From: an uncultured Oscillospiraceae bacterium
Lineage (GTDB): Bacteria; Bacillota; Clostridia; Oscillospirales; Oscillospiraceae
Assembly: GCA_947631845.1 (NCBI GenBank)
Contig: CANRMY010000005.1
Coordinates: 2,620 to 66,619 of the forward strand
DNA length: 64,000 nt
Direction of reading: 5' to 3'
Part shown: piece by piece, positions 31,112-40,580 of the stretch
Layout: the number at the start of each line of letters is the position of its first letter
Numbering within the stretch: the stretch's first letter is position 1
Notes under the pieces: generated by a model
What the model saw: only the letters and a program-made list of their open reading frames with translations
The model's database searches: none
What the model was told of the DNA's origin: nothing
Made by a program: the position numbers and the translations under genes

Positions 31112-32022
31112 ACGCCCGCGTCCCCCTTTGTCAGTTCATAGGCCCGCTCCCCGCCTCGCCGTTTAATAAAGATGAAATTCTCGAAAACGCCGCCGGAGAG
31201 CATGTCCCGGTAGAGGGGGCGGGCCCGCAGATCGTCGGGGCAGGCGGCGTGGGCGGTGGCCAGGAGGGCCACGCCGCAGTTGCGCGCCTGGGCGATGGCG
31301 GCCGTGTCCGCGGGGCCGGTGATCTCGTCCAAGGCGACGATCTGGGGGTTCATAGCCCGGAGCACCGTCATCACCGCCTCGCTCTTGGGACAGCCGTCCA
31401 GGATGTCCGTCCGCTCCCCCACGTCCAGCTGGGGCGCGCCGTCCCATAGGGCGGCCAGCTCCCCCCGCTCGTCGCACAGGGAGATCCGGTAGGCCGGACA
31501 CAGGCGGGAGGGGGAGGACAGCACCCGCACCAGCTCCCGCAGAAGCGTGGTCTTCCCCGCGCCGGGCGGGGCGCAGATCAGCGTGGAACGGAACTGTCCG
31601 GCCCGGAAAAGGCCGGGGAGAAGCCCGTCGGCCACGCCCCGCTTCTCCCGGGCGATGCGCACCGCCGCCGAGGAGCAGGCGGAGAAGCCCGCCATATGGC
31701 CGTTTTCCAGGTAGACGCTGCCGCACAGGCCCACCCGGTGGCCGCCACGGCAGGCGATGTAGCCGGAGGACAGCTCCCGCCGGGACGATTGGGCGGAAGC
31801 GCCGGTGGCCAGCTCGATGAGCAGGGCCAGCTCCCGGCCTGTCACAGGCTCGTCCCCCAGCTCCCGCTCCCCCTCCGGCAGGACCACCGACAGGGGGCGT
31901 CCCACCCGGAGGCGCAGCTCCTCCGCCGCCGCCCGCCCCCGCTCCTCCAGCAAAAAGGCCCGCCGCCTCACCGTCTCCGGCAACAGCCGTGCCGCGTTCC
32001 GGTATCTGTCCGTGTCCGTCAT
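31105..32022 (-). CDS. spoIIIAA: stage III sporulation protein AA (secretion-type ATPase)
   Basis: Start trimmed to MTDTDRYRNAARLL behind AAAGGGGGAG. Walker [13 protein letters not shown] and Walker B VALDEI. Confidence 0.85.
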   Translation of the reverse strand: MTDTDRYRNAARLLPETVRRRAFLLEERGRAAAEELRLRVGRPLSVVLPEGERELGDEPVTGRELALLIELATGASAQSSRRELSSGYIACRGGHRVGLCGSVYLENGHMAGFSACSSAAVRIAREKRGVADGLLPGLFRAGQFRSTLICAPPGAGKTTLLRELVRVLSSPSRLCPAYRISLCDERGELAALWDGAPQLDVGERTDILDGCPKSEAVMTVLRAMNPQIVALDEITGPADTAAIAQARNCGVALLATAHAACPDDLRARPLYRDMLSGGVFENFIFIKRRGGERAYELTKGDAGVC

Positions 32023-32230
32023 AAGCACTCCCCCTTTTGTGATGGTCAAGCTTATGCGGACAGGCCGGTGAATATACCGGCCGCCGCGCGCCCCTGTATG
32101 GGCCGGACACCCGCCGTCCTTTTTATTTTCCCCCTTGCCACTTTCGCCGCGATTTGCTATAATAGCGCACGGGGATCGGTTCCGCGATCCCCGAAAGCCA
32201 TCCGTCGTCAACGCGTGAAGGGGTGAGTCC

Positions 32231-32653
32231 GTGGTCATCGAGACGAACAGCGAGGCGGAAACCGTCCTGGCCGGGGAGCAAATGGGAAAAATGCTCCTGC
32301 CCGGGGACGTTCTGGCCTTTTACGGGGATCTGGGCGCGGGAAAAACCGCCTTTATACGTGGCGTGGCCAGGGGCCTTGGCATCGCGTCCCGGGTGTCCAG
32401 CCCCACCTTCACCATCGTCAACGAATACCCCGGCCCGGTGCCCCTCTTCCACTTCGACATGTACCGCCTGGGCTCCTCGGACGAGCTCTTTGAAATCGGC
32501 TGGGAGGACTACCTTACGCGGGGCGGCGTGTGCTGTGTGGAGTGGACGGAGAACGTGGCGGACGCCATGCCGGCGGAGGCCGTGGCGGTGACCATTGAGA
32601 AAACCGGCGAAAACGCGCGGAAAATCACCGTATCGGGAGGCGGGCGCTTTTGA
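32231..32653 (+). CDS. tsaE: tRNA t6A37 biosynthesis ATPase TsaE
   Basis: 140 aa, GDLGAGKTAFIRG P-loop, GTG start behind AAGGGGTG. Confidence 0.85.
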   Translation: MVIETNSEAETVLAGEQMGKMLLPGDVLAFYGDLGAGKTAFIRGVARGLGIASRVSSPTFTIVNEYPGPVPLFHFDMYRLGSSDELFEIGWEDYLTRGGVCCVEWTENVADAMPAEAVAVTIEKTGENARKITVSGGGRF

Positions 32654-33348
32654 ACATACTTGCCATCGAGTCCTCGGCGAAGGCCGCCAGCGTGGCGCTG
32701 TGCCGGGACGGGGCGCTGATCGCCCAATATTATCAGGCCAGCGGCCTGACCCATTCCAGGACGCTCCTGAAAATGGCGGAGGACATGCTGACCGATCTGG
32801 AGCTGACGCTCCGGGACGTGGACGCCGTGGCGGTGGCCCGGGGCCCCGGCTCCTTCACCGGCATCCGCATCGGCGTGGCGGCGGCCAAGGGCCTGTGCTG
32901 GGGCGGGGATCTCCCCTGCGCCGGCGTGTCCACCCTGGAGGCTATGGCCTGGCAGGGCCTGGGACACACCGATTGCGTCATCTGCCCCGCCATGGACGCC
33001 CGCCGGGGACAGATCTACAACGCCAAATTCCGTTTTGAGGGCGAAACCCTCCAAAGGCTCGCCGACGACAGGGCCATCTCCCTGGAGGAGCTGGTGGAGG
33101 AAGCAAAAAAAGAAAAAATTTCGTATTTTTTTGTTGGAGACGGCGCGCGGATGTGCTATAATAGATTTTTAGCGGAGGGTCTTCCCGCCCGTCTCGCCCC
33201 CGCCCCGCTCTTATTGCAGACGGCCTGGGGCGTGGCAATGGCCGCGATGGGGCAGCCGCTCCAACCGGGAGACGATCTGACGCCCAACTATCTCCGGCTC
33301 TCCCAGGCGGAAAGGGAGCGCCTGGAGCGGCTGAAGAGCCAGGCATAA
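32650..33348 (+). CDS. tsaB: tRNA t6A37 biosynthesis protein TsaB
   Basis: 232 aa. [20 protein letters not shown] is YeaZ/TsaB-type. 4-nt overlap with tsaE. Confidence 0.85.
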   Translation: MNILAIESSAKAASVALCRDGALIAQYYQASGLTHSRTLLKMAEDMLTDLELTLRDVDAVAVARGPGSFTGIRIGVAAAKGLCWGGDLPCAGVSTLEAMAWQGLGHTDCVICPAMDARRGQIYNAKFRFEGETLQRLADDRAISLEELVEEAKKEKISYFFVGDGARMCYNRFLAEGLPARLAPAPLLLQTAWGVAMAAMGQPLQPGDDLTPNYLRLSQAERERLERLKSQA

Positions 33349-33382
33349 GGAAAAGAAATTTAATTTTACGGAGGATACGACC

Positions 33383-34012
33383 ATGGCAGAGCTTCACGTT
33401 CTCGATCACCCCCTCATCCATCACAAGCTGTCCGTCCTGCGGGACAAGAACACCGGCGTCAAGGAGTTCCGTGAGATCGTGGGAGAGATCTCCACCCTCA
33501 TGTGCTACGAGGCCACCCGCAATCTTCCCACCGTGGAAAAGGTGGTGGAGACGCCCGTCGCCCCCGCCCATGTGCGGACGCTGGGCGACCGCAAGATCAC
33601 CATCGTCCCCATTCTGAGAGCCGGCCTCGGCATGGTGGATCCCATGCTGAAGCTCCTGCCCTCCGCCCGCGTGGGCCATATCGGCCTCTTCCGTGACCCG
33701 GACACCCACGAGCCCATCAAATATTACTGCAAGATGCCCGACGATATCGCCGAGAGCTCCGTCATCATCGTGGATCCCATGCTGGCCACCGGCGGTTCCG
33801 CCGCCGCCGCCATCGACTTCATCAAGGAGTACGGCTGCAAGGACATCACCCTGGTGGACATCATCGCCGCCCCGGAGGGCATCGACGTCGTCCGCCGCAG
33901 TCACCCGGACGTGGACATCTACGTGGCCGCCGTGGACGAGGGCCTCAACGACCACGCCTACATCGTCCCCGGCCTGGGCGACGCCGGTGACCGGATCTTT
34001 GGGACGAAATAA
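33383..34012 (+). CDS. upp: uracil phosphoribosyltransferase
   Basis: 209 aa. [15 protein letters not shown] motif and C-terminal [17 protein letters not shown]. Confidence 0.92.
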   Translation: MAELHVLDHPLIHHKLSVLRDKNTGVKEFREIVGEISTLMCYEATRNLPTVEKVVETPVAPAHVRTLGDRKITIVPILRAGLGMVDPMLKLLPSARVGHIGLFRDPDTHEPIKYYCKMPDDIAESSVIIVDPMLATGGSAAAAIDFIKEYGCKDITLVDIIAAPEGIDVVRRSHPDVDIYVAAVDEGLNDHAYIVPGLGDAGDRIFGTK

Positions 34013-34154
34013 CCGCCCGCGCCCAACCGTCCCGGCATACTCTCATATACGGCAAAAGGGATCTCCCCGGCGGGGGATCCCTTGAGTCTGTGGGAAGGAA
34101 TAGGCCGGTGTTTTGATACGCCGGCGAGAATTTTTTGAAAATCGCAAAAAACAT

Positions 34155-34183
34155 TTGACAAAGAAGAAAATATGTGGTACCAT
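34155..34183 (+). promoter_or_regulatory. promoter of the tRNA operon
   Basis: TTGACA (34155-34160), a 17-nt spacer ending in TGG, then TACCAT (34178-34183). Confidence 0.55.
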
Positions 34184-34246
34184 CAGTAGGCCGTGAAGAT
34201 ACTGAACTTCCCTCGACTTGAGCGGTGTGAAGATCGGCAGGTACCC

Positions 34247-34321
34247 GCGGGTGTAGCACAACGGCTAGTGCACCAGCCTTCCAAGCTGGGGACGTGGGTT
34301 CGATTCCCATCACCCGCTCCA
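34247..34321 (+). tRNA. tRNA-Gly (anticodon UCC), CCA encoded
   Basis: Hand-folded cloverleaf: GCGGGTG acceptor, GCAC D-stem, CCAGC/GCTGG anticodon stem with loop CTTCCAA, T-arm GTGGG-TTCGATT-CCCAT. Confidence 0.85.
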
Positions 34322-34383
34322 GCAATAAGGCAGTGATCGTAAGGCGGTTTTCGGCTCAGGCCAGCCTGATGCCGGCTCAACAC

Positions 34384-34460
34384 GCGCCAATAGCTCAGCA
34401 GGATAGAGCAACTGCCTTCTAAGCAGTAGGCCGGGGGTTCGAGTCCCTCTTGGCGTGCCA
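34384..34460 (+). tRNA. tRNA-Arg (anticodon UCU), CCA encoded
   Basis: GCGCCAA-TA-GCTC..GAGC, anticodon stem ACTGC/GCAGT with loop CTTCTAA, T-arm GGGGG-TTCGAGT-CCCTC, 1-72 G-U. Confidence 0.8.
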
Positions 34461-34564
34461 ACGTCGTCGCGGAACCGGCGATGGCTCGCCCTCCAGGTAT
34501 TCGGGCTCGCTCGCCAGGTTCGCTCCTCCTCTCCCCACGCGATCACAGATCGCGCGGGGGCCCC
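34461..34564 (+). repeat. family-E element, copy Ea, starting at the nucleotide after the tRNA-Arg CCA
   Basis: ACGTCGTCGCGGAACCGG..CTCGCCC-TCCAGGTATTC-GGGCTCG..GGTTCGCTCCTCCTCTCCCCACGCGATCACAGATCGCGCGGGGGCCCC. Confidence 0.85.
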
Positions 34565-34569
34565 AATTT

Positions 34570-34684
34570 GACGCGGAAGCCGCGTTCCTCGGCGCGAGGC
34601 AAGCGCCACGGGCGCCCGCCTCACGCCTCACACGCTGGCTTCGCTCCTCCTCTCCCCACGCGATCACAGATCGCGCGGGGGCCC
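34570..34684 (+). repeat. family-E variant (E'), copy Eb
   Basis: It has the same outer helix logic (GCGGAAGCC / GGCTTCGC), the same TCCTCCTCTCCCC-hairpin end and a different inner hairpin pair. It ends 10 nt before tRNA-His. Confidence 0.8.
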
Positions 34685-34694
34685 AATTGAATAT

Positions 34695-34772
<78 letters not shown>

Positions 34773-34828
34773 CAAGCTATGCTGACGCCATCAGTTTTGG
34801 TGGCGTCAGCGTCGCGTAAAGCACAAAT

Positions 34829-34903
34829 AGGGATGTCGCCAAGCGGTAAGGCACAGGACTTTGACTCCTGCATTCGTGGGTTCGAGTCCCGCCATCCCTG
34901 CCA
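34829..34903 (+). tRNA. tRNA-Gln (anticodon UUG), CCA encoded
   Basis: AGGGATG acceptor, anticodon loop CTTTGAC, T-arm GTGGG-TTCGAGT-CCCGC. Confidence 0.85.
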
Positions 34904-35024
34904 ACGTCGTCGCGGAAGCCGCGTTCCTCAGCGCGAGGCAAACGCCACGGGCGCTTGCCTCACGCCTCACACGCAGGCTTCGCTCCTTCTCTCCCCACGC
35001 GATCACGGATCGCGCGGGGACCCC
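34904..35024 (+). repeat. family-E variant (E'), copy Ec, starting at the nucleotide after the tRNA-Gln CCA
   Basis: ACGTCGTCGCGGAAGCCGCG...GGCTTCGCTCCTTCTCTCCCCACGCGATCACGGATCGCGCGGGGACCCC, near-identical to Eb. Confidence 0.85.
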
Positions 35025-35190
35025 AAAAGGCCGGGGCCTTTTTTGACAGGGGGGAACGTGCGGCGACAGCTGAAGCTGTCCCCTGCTGTCCCGCCGCGCG
35101 CACGGGCAGCAGCCCGCACACTTGCGGGACGAAAGGGATTTTTCGCCACGTCCATGCCGCGGCGAAAAATATTGAAAGATACGATGGAAT
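35025..35190 (+). repeat. family-B element, divergent copy B4, between E' and tRNA-Lys
   Basis: AAAAGGCCGGGGCCTTTTTT hairpin, GGGGAACGTGCGG, then three hairpins co-linear with B1-B3 but with compensated stems (GTCCCGC..GCGGGAC versus GTCGCCC..GGGCGAC). It ends AAAAATATTGAAA. Confidence 0.75.
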
Positions 35191-35197
35191 ATGGTAT

Positions 35198-35273
35198 GAC
35201 TTGGTAGCTCAGCAGGCAGAGCACCTGCCTTTTAAGCAGGGTGTCCCGGGTTCGAATCCCGGCCAGGTCACCA
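35198..35273 (+). tRNA. tRNA-Lys (anticodon UUU), CCA encoded
   Basis: GACTTGG acceptor, GCTC D-stem, anticodon loop CTTTTAA, T-arm CCGGG-TTCGAAT-CCCGG. Confidence 0.88.
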
Positions 35274-35316
35274 AAAAGCCTCAGAGCCGCAACGGTTCTG
35301 AGGCTTTTCTTTTTCT
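35274..35316 (+). terminator. intrinsic terminator of the tRNA operon
   Basis: AGCCTCAGA-GCCGCAACGG-TTCTGAGGCT followed by TTTCTTTTTC. Confidence 0.75.
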
Positions 35317-35369
35317 GGGAATGTGACTTTGTTAGTAGCTCGTTAGTAATAGCGCAATTAAGGGCTCTT

Positions 35370-35850
35370 GCCCGTAGGAGCCGATGACCACATCGGCCCG
35401 TGTATCGAATTCCTGAATATCTCCCCAAAGACGTCGTAGGGGCCGCCTCTCCAGGCGGCCCGTGTATTTCAATGGCGGCAAAGCCGCAACCTTTTTCGGG
35501 CGGGACATGCCGTAAATTCGAAGGCGCGGCGTGTGGGCCGATGTGGTCATCGGCCCCTACGGACAGCCTGTCACGTATTTCCATCATCTTCCGTACATCG
35601 AACCTGTACGGGCCGGACACCTGGCCGGCCCGCATGTCGAAATTCCGGTGTATTACATTCAACGTATCTGTAGGGGCCGATGACCACATCGGCCCATAGT
35701 TAAAAAACGCAGCGAAGCCGCAACCTTTTTGGGGCAGGCGTAAGAAATTCGAAGGTGCGTCGGGCCGGCCGGGTGTCCGGCCCGTACGGGGAGCATTACA
35801 CGAAATGCGTGGGGAATTCGTGGGTCAACCTGGGCGGCGGCCCGTACAAC
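35370..35850. repeat. REP-like A array R3 (~8 units)
   Basis: Units: GGAGCCGATGACCACATCGGCCC, GTAGGGGCCGCCTCTCCAGGCGGCCC, GCGGCAAAGCCGCAACCTTTTT, GGGCCGATGTGGTCATCGGCCCCTAC, GTACGGGCCGGACACCTGGCCGGCCC, GTAGGGGCCGATGACCACATCGGCCC, GCAGCGAAGCCGCAACCTTTTT, CGGGCCGGCCGGGTGTCCGGCCCGTAC. Confidence 0.85.
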
Positions 35851-35889
35851 AAAACTGCCTCCCGCATGCTTTGCGGGAGGCGGTTTTTA
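35851..35889 (-). terminator. bidirectional intrinsic terminator downstream of 35904 gene
   Basis: AAAA-CTGCCTCCCGC-ATGCTTT-GCGGGAGGCGG-TTTTT. Confidence 0.65.
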
Positions 35890-35903
35890 TTCTTTTCCTT
35901 CGC

Positions 35904-36590
35904 TTATTTGCGGCAGCGGACGATAAAGGTGTAGTCCAGGCTGTCCACGGTGACGGTGACATTGACCGTGCCCGTGCCGGTGACGGTCAGGGTGGCCTTC
36001 ATGCCGGTCTCGTCGGGGATGATGGTCAAGGCGTCCGGCTTATCGCAGGACCAGGTGGGGATGCTGGTGGCGTTGGACGGGGTGACCACGGCGGTGACGC
36101 TGTAGTTATCGCCCACGTGGAGCACGAAGTCCGTGGCCTCGGTGCGGCTGTTCCCCTTGTGGACGGTGATGCCGGTGGCGATCACCGGTACGGGGACGTC
36201 GCTGCTGTCGCCGGTGCTGTCGGTGCCGGGATTGGAGGAATCGCCGGTGCTGTCGCCGGTGTCGGGGTTGGTGCTGTCGTCGCTGCTGTCGCCGGTACTG
36301 GAGTCGGACCCGCCCTGCTGGACCCCGTCAGAGGAGTTGTTGAAGGAGTCGCCCGTGGAATCGTTGCTGGGGCCCTTGTCGTTGGCGCTGGTGACCAGGA
36401 TCACGATGACGGCGGCAATGAGCACCACGATCAGCAGGATGCCGATGATGATCTTCCAGGTGGAGTTGTCGTTATCGGTCGCTCTCTTGCCCTTTTTATG
36501 GCGGTGCGCCCCGCAGTAGGGGCAGCGGCTCCGGAGGCTGGAATACGTCCGGTCACATCTTCCGCATTTTGTCTGAGGTATAAGTCCCAC
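35904..36590 (-). CDS. membrane protein: N-terminal zinc-ribbon, TM helix, S/D/T/G-rich linker, C-terminal Ig-like (Big_2-like) domain
   Basis: 228 aa. CGRC..CPYC zinc ribbon, TM IIIGILLIVVLIAAVIVILV, low-complexity GDSTGDSS repeats, C-terminal beta-rich domain VTAVVTPSNATSIPTWSCDKPDALTI. Confidence 0.65.
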   Translation of the reverse strand: MGLIPQTKCGRCDRTYSSLRSRCPYCGAHRHKKGKRATDNDNSTWKIIIGILLIVVLIAAVIVILVTSANDKGPSNDSTGDSFNNSSDGVQQGGSDSSTGDSSDDSTNPDTGDSTGDSSNPGTDSTGDSSDVPVPVIATGITVHKGNSRTEATDFVLHVGDNYSVTAVVTPSNATSIPTWSCDKPDALTIIPDETGMKATLTVTGTGTVNVTVTVDSLDYTFIVRCRK

Positions 36591-36724
36591 GAATATCCCT
36601 CCGTATCATCTCATTGGAAAGGGGGCCCGGCTTCCGTTAAGCCGCCAAATCCCCAATTTACATAACATTTTACCTCATTCTCCCTGATTCGTCAAGGGAA
36701 AATCAATATTAATTATGAAATTAA

Positions 36725-37663
36725 TTATGAACTTTCCGTTTGCAGCACATCGTCCAGAAATTCCAGCAGGGCCTTCTGGCACTTTTCCATATCCACCACA
36801 TAGCTGAGGCCGTGGCCGGCGCCGGGGACGGTACACAGCCTCTTGGGACCGGCGTAGGCCTCAAAGTTGTCCCGGCCCATTTGGCAGGGAACGAAATCGT
36901 CCGCCTCGCCGTGGATGAAGAGGGCGGGCAACGCGGCGCGGCGGCCCGCCTCCAGGGCCGAACAGCTCTCCACGTCGAAACCGCCCAGGACGCGCCCCGC
37001 CAGCCGCACCATGGGGTAGCACACGCCCACGGGCAGGTGTCTGCTCCTGATGACGGTGCGGATGATGTCCCGGGGCGAGGTGTAGCCGCAGTCGCAGATG
37101 ATGCCCGCCACCTCCGGCGGCAGAGGCTCCCCCGCCGCCATCAGCACCGTGGACGCGCCCATGGACAGGCCCTCCAGAACGATCCTCTCCCCGGGGAAGC
37201 GTTCGGCCACGCAGCGTGTCCACGCCAGCAGATCCTCGTGCTCCCGAAGGCCGAAGGTCATGCAGAAGCCGCCGCTTTTCCCGTGGGCCCGCTGGTCGGC
37301 CAGCAGCAGGGCCAGGCCCTGGCTGTGGACATACTCCGAGGAGCAGGAGAAGTCGTTCTCCGCCATGGAGCGGTAGCCGTGCATCAAAATCACGATCCCC
37401 CGGCGGTCAGGGACATCGTAGAAGCGCCCGTGGAGGCGCACGCCGTCCCCGGCGCGGATGTCCACGTCCTCGTGGGGCGTCTCCAGGCACCAGCGCTTGC
37501 CGGAGAGGATGAGGTCCGCGTAAGGGCGCAGCTCCGGCTTGAAGAAGAAGTTGTGCCTGGTGAAATCGGCCCAGGTGCGCCCGCCGAAGGCGATAAGGAA
37601 AAAGAGGACCTCCAGAAAGAGAAAGAGGGCCAGAAGGATCAAAACTATGTAAACCGCAAGCAT
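36725..37663 (-). CDS. alpha/beta-fold hydrolase with N-terminal membrane anchor
   Basis: 312 aa. N-terminal TM, nucleophile elbow GLSMGAS, HG oxyanion motif (ILMHGY), C-terminal GAGHGLSY. Confidence 0.8.
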   Translation of the reverse strand: MLAVYIVLILLALFLFLEVLFFLIAFGGRTWADFTRHNFFFKPELRPYADLILSGKRWCLETPHEDVDIRAGDGVRLHGRFYDVPDRRGIVILMHGYRSMAENDFSCSSEYVHSQGLALLLADQRAHGKSGGFCMTFGLREHEDLLAWTRCVAERFPGERIVLEGLSMGASTVLMAAGEPLPPEVAGIICDCGYTSPRDIIRTVIRSRHLPVGVCYPMVRLAGRVLGGFDVESCSALEAGRRAALPALFIHGEADDFVPCQMGRDNFEAYAGPKRLCTVPGAGHGLSYVVDMEKCQKALLEFLDDVLQTESS

Positions 37664-37685
37664 ACAAACGCCTCCTTTGGGCAGG

Positions 37686-37862
37686 GAGAAATCGGCGGGC
37701 CGGCCGGTGTCCGGCCCGTACGGATCAGATAAAAGCGTATCCTTTGGGCAGAAGGGAAATCGGCGGGCCGGCCGGTGTCCGGCCCGTACGGATCAGATAA
37801 AAGCGTATCCTTTGGGGCGGAGGAAATCGGCGGGCCGGCCGGTGTCCGGCCCGTACGGATCC
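37686..37862. repeat. tandem repeat, 61-bp unit x ~2.9, each unit carrying one A1 REP hairpin
   Basis: GGAGAAATCGGCGGGCCGGCCGGTGTCCGGCCCGTACGGATCAGATAAAAGCGTATCCTTTGGGCAGAA repeats head-to-tail with only a few substitutions. Confidence 0.9.
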
Positions 37863-37871
37863 CCATACAGA

Positions 37872-38771
37872 TCAAAGTCTCTCGTTGTCGGAAAGGTCCT
37901 TCAGCGGCACGGTCACGTCCAGGCCCTTGAAGCCCTCGCCGATGACCTCGCTGGCGTGGAGCATCACGGCGAAGGAGCCGGGGGCCAGGGCGTGGATCAT
38001 GTCCTTGACCTCGTAGATCTGTTTGGGGGACACGGCGATCATCAGCATGTGCCTGTCGCTGCGCTGGTACATGCCCACGGCGGGGATCAGGGTGACGCCC
38101 CGGTCCAGCTTGCGCATGACCGCCTCGGCCAGACGCTCGGCGCTCTCCCCGTCGGGGGGGATGACCTCGAACACCACGGCCTTGTTGAAGCCGTGGATCA
38201 GCTTGTCGGTGGTGAAGGAGCACACGGCGATGGCCGCGCCGGCGTAGATGCCGGACTCGATATCCCCGAAGACGAAGACGGAGGCCAGAACCACCGCCGC
38301 GTCGCACATGAAAATAAAGGCCCCCAGGGAGATGTGGCGGATCCTTGTCACCAGGAGCCGCGCCAGCAGATCGGTGCCGCTGCCGGCCACGTAGCCCCGC
38401 ACCAGGACGGCCCCGGAGACGCCGTACAGCGCGCCCCCGCAGACGGAGGCCAGGAGCCTGTTTTCCGTCAGACACGGCAGGAAGGACAGCAGATCGGCGA
38501 AAATCGAAAAGGCGGCGGTGGACAGCAGCGCCGAGACCGTGTAGGCCGGCCCCTGGACGAACCAGGACCAGATGAACACCGGCACGGAGATGAGAAACAC
38601 CACGGTGCCCACGCTGACGGGCAGGAGGGAATTGACGATGACGCCGATGCCTCCGAAGCCCCCGGCGGCGATCTCGTTGGGGGTAAAGAAGCAGTCCAGG
38701 GCCGCCGCCAGCCCCAGATTGCCCACCAGGATGTAGAGAAGCGATTTGAAAGAGACCTTATAGGCGGACAT
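37872..38771 (-). CDS. YitT-family membrane protein (DUF161 + DUF2179)
   Basis: 299 aa. Polytopic N-terminal part plus a C-terminal soluble DUF2179-like domain (MLMIAVSPKQIYEVKDMIHALAPGSFAVM). Confidence 0.75.
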   Translation of the reverse strand: MSAYKVSFKSLLYILVGNLGLAAALDCFFTPNEIAAGGFGGIGVIVNSLLPVSVGTVVFLISVPVFIWSWFVQGPAYTVSALLSTAAFSIFADLLSFLPCLTENRLLASVCGGALYGVSGAVLVRGYVAGSGTDLLARLLVTRIRHISLGAFIFMCDAAVVLASVFVFGDIESGIYAGAAIAVCSFTTDKLIHGFNKAVVFEVIPPDGESAERLAEAVMRKLDRGVTLIPAVGMYQRSDRHMLMIAVSPKQIYEVKDMIHALAPGSFAVMLHASEVIGEGFKGLDVTVPLKDLSDNERL

Positions 38772-38789
38772 GGTTCACCTCAAGCAAGC

Positions 38790-39461
38790 TCAAATAATCC
38801 GGAACAGCCAGCTGACGCCGTAGAGCGCCAGGCCCAGCACCACATAGAAGCCCAGGGCCATCCCCACGTTGATGCACCACTGTTTGGGGCCCTGCTCGTC
38901 CAGATCCATGAAGGAGTAGGGGTAGCGGAAGACGCCGCTCTTGGGCTCGGGGCCCAGGATCTGCGCCCGCAGCATGGCGAAGGCCAGATAGGCCAGGGGG
39001 ATCAGGAGCCAGGCGAACACCGCGACAAAGGGCACATTCTTGTCGGCGCACACCAGCCATTGGGCCAGAGCCAGCAGGGGCACCGCGTAGTGGACGTCCA
39101 GGTTCTTGAAGGCGGCCCACTCGGTTTTGAACCGCTCCCCCTGCTTTTTCTTGTAGTCCGGCACCAGCAGGAAGTGGTAGATGAGGTGGGTGACCCAGAT
39201 CATCAGCGTCAGGCTGTAGCGCACCCCCGCGCCGGCCAGGCGGTCATAGACGGCGCTGCCGGAGAGGGCGAAGAGGAAGAGGAGCAGCTGATAGACGCCG
39301 GTAATCAGGTTGGAAAGATTCGTGTAGTAGGAGAAGGTGCCCAGCCTGTACCGGCCCTGGTGGAAGCCGGCCTGGAGGAACACGCCCACCAGCGCCAGGG
39401 CGGCGATGGAAACGGAACTGATAAGCTCGATGATACGCAGCATGAGAATTCCCCCAATCAT
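38790..39461 (-). CDS. integral membrane protein, uncharacterised (Pr6Pr-like by eye)
   Basis: 223 aa, ~6 TM, FSYYTNLSNLITGVYQLLLF. An alternative start lies at 39443. Confidence 0.55.
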   Translation of the reverse strand: MIGGILMLRIIELISSVSIAALALVGVFLQAGFHQGRYRLGTFSYYTNLSNLITGVYQLLLFLFALSGSAVYDRLAGAGVRYSLTLMIWVTHLIYHFLLVPDYKKKQGERFKTEWAAFKNLDVHYAVPLLALAQWLVCADKNVPFVAVFAWLLIPLAYLAFAMLRAQILGPEPKSGVFRYPYSFMDLDEQGPKQWCINVGMALGFYVVLGLALYGVSWLFRII

Positions 39462-39575
39462 TGTTCACCCTTTAAGAATATATCTTTCAGTTAAATTTTG
39501 CAAGTAAAATTTCACCGAATATTCACACTACACGCCGTTTTTCCTGCTATACTGTCAACGGATGAGGTGAAAGCT

Positions 39576-40277
39576 ATGGCGTTCATAGAATTTGCGGATG
39601 TGAAAAAGACCTACCGCTCCGGCGAGGTGGAGGTAGAGGCCCTGCACGGGGTGTCCTTCACCGTAGAGAAGGGCGAGATCTGCGTCATCGTGGGACCCTC
39701 CGGCGCGGGGAAGACCACCCTGCTCAACATTCTGGGCGGCATGGACACCCTGACGGCGGGGCGGATCCTGCTGGACGGGGAGGAGATCTCCGCCTACCCG
39801 CCCAAGCGGCTCATCGCCTACCGGCGGCGGGACGTGGGCTTTGTGTTCCAATTTTACAACCTGATCGAGAATCTGACGGCGCTGGAGAACGTGGAGCTGG
39901 CCGCCCAGATCTGCCCCGATCCCCTGGACGCCGCCGAGACGCTCCGGGCCGTGGGCCTGGGGGAGCGGCTTCGCAACTTCCCCTCCCAGCTGTCCGGCGG
40001 CGAACAACAGCGGGTGGCCATCGCCCGGGCCCTGGCCAAAAATCCCAAGCTGCTTTTATGCGACGAGCCCACCGGGGCGCTGGACTACAACACCGGCAAG
40101 CAGATCCTCCAGCTTCTGGAGGACACCAGCCGCCAATCCGGCATGACGGTGATCATCATCACCCACAATTCCGCCCTGACGGCCATGGCCGACCGGGTCA
40201 TCACCGTCCGCAGCGGGACGGTGCGGGATGTGAAGCTGAATCCTCATCCCACGCCCATTTCTGAGATCGAATGGTGA
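39576..40277 (+). CDS. ABC transporter ATP-binding protein (MacB/LolD/FtsE-type)
   Basis: Start trimmed to [11 protein letters not shown] behind [43 protein letters not shown]. Confidence 0.9.
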   Translation: MAFIEFADVKKTYRSGEVEVEALHGVSFTVEKGEICVIVGPSGAGKTTLLNILGGMDTLTAGRILLDGEEISAYPPKRLIAYRRRDVGFVFQFYNLIENLTALENVELAAQICPDPLDAAETLRAVGLGERLRNFPSQLSGGEQQRVAIARALAKNPKLLLCDEPTGALDYNTGKQILQLLEDTSRQSGMTVIIITHNSALTAMADRVITVRSGTVRDVKLNPHPTPISEIEW

Positions 40278-40282
40278 AATTG

Positions 40283-40530
40283 GCCGGACAAAGGCGGGGC
40301 CTTTGTCCGGGAAGGGATCGTGCGGGTACTTTTCTTTGAATTTTGCGAAATTCAGAGAAAAGTACTCTGCCGTCGCCCTGCGCGCACCCCGCAGGGGCAC
40401 ACTTGGGCGACAAAAGGGATTTTATCCGACGCGCATGTCGCCGGATAAAATAACAAAAAAGAGTTTTTTGACAGACCGGAAAAGCCCTGACGGGCTTTTT
40501 TCGGAAAAATAGTTTTCTTGTTTTTTTGAC
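40283..40530 (+). repeat. family-B element copy B2, between the ABC ATPase and its permease
   Basis: It starts 6 nt after the ATPase stop with hairpin GGCCGGACAAAGGCGGGGCCTTTGTCCGG. Hairpins H1-H3 follow, then TTTTTTGACA, then a second terminator-like hairpin CCGGAAAAGCCCTGACGGGCTTTTTTTCGG and another TTTTTTTGACA. Confidence 0.85.
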
Positions 40531-40580
40531 AAATGGCCCGCCTTGAAGGGGCGGCCGGCGGCTGGAGAGGTGAAGCGCGC

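Noticed and set aside
35003-35689. ORFs running through the repeat arrays. Examples are 35003-35689-, 44688-45023-, 44833-45153-, 46947-47297-, 50017-50997-, 18065-18544-, 57810-58136+ and 53690-54286+.
   Set aside because: Their apparent peptide repeats (GRCPARTG, VGAASPGGP, GPPRAAART) are just translations of the GC hairpin units. The units occur in both orientations and all frames, and no RBS or family signal is present.
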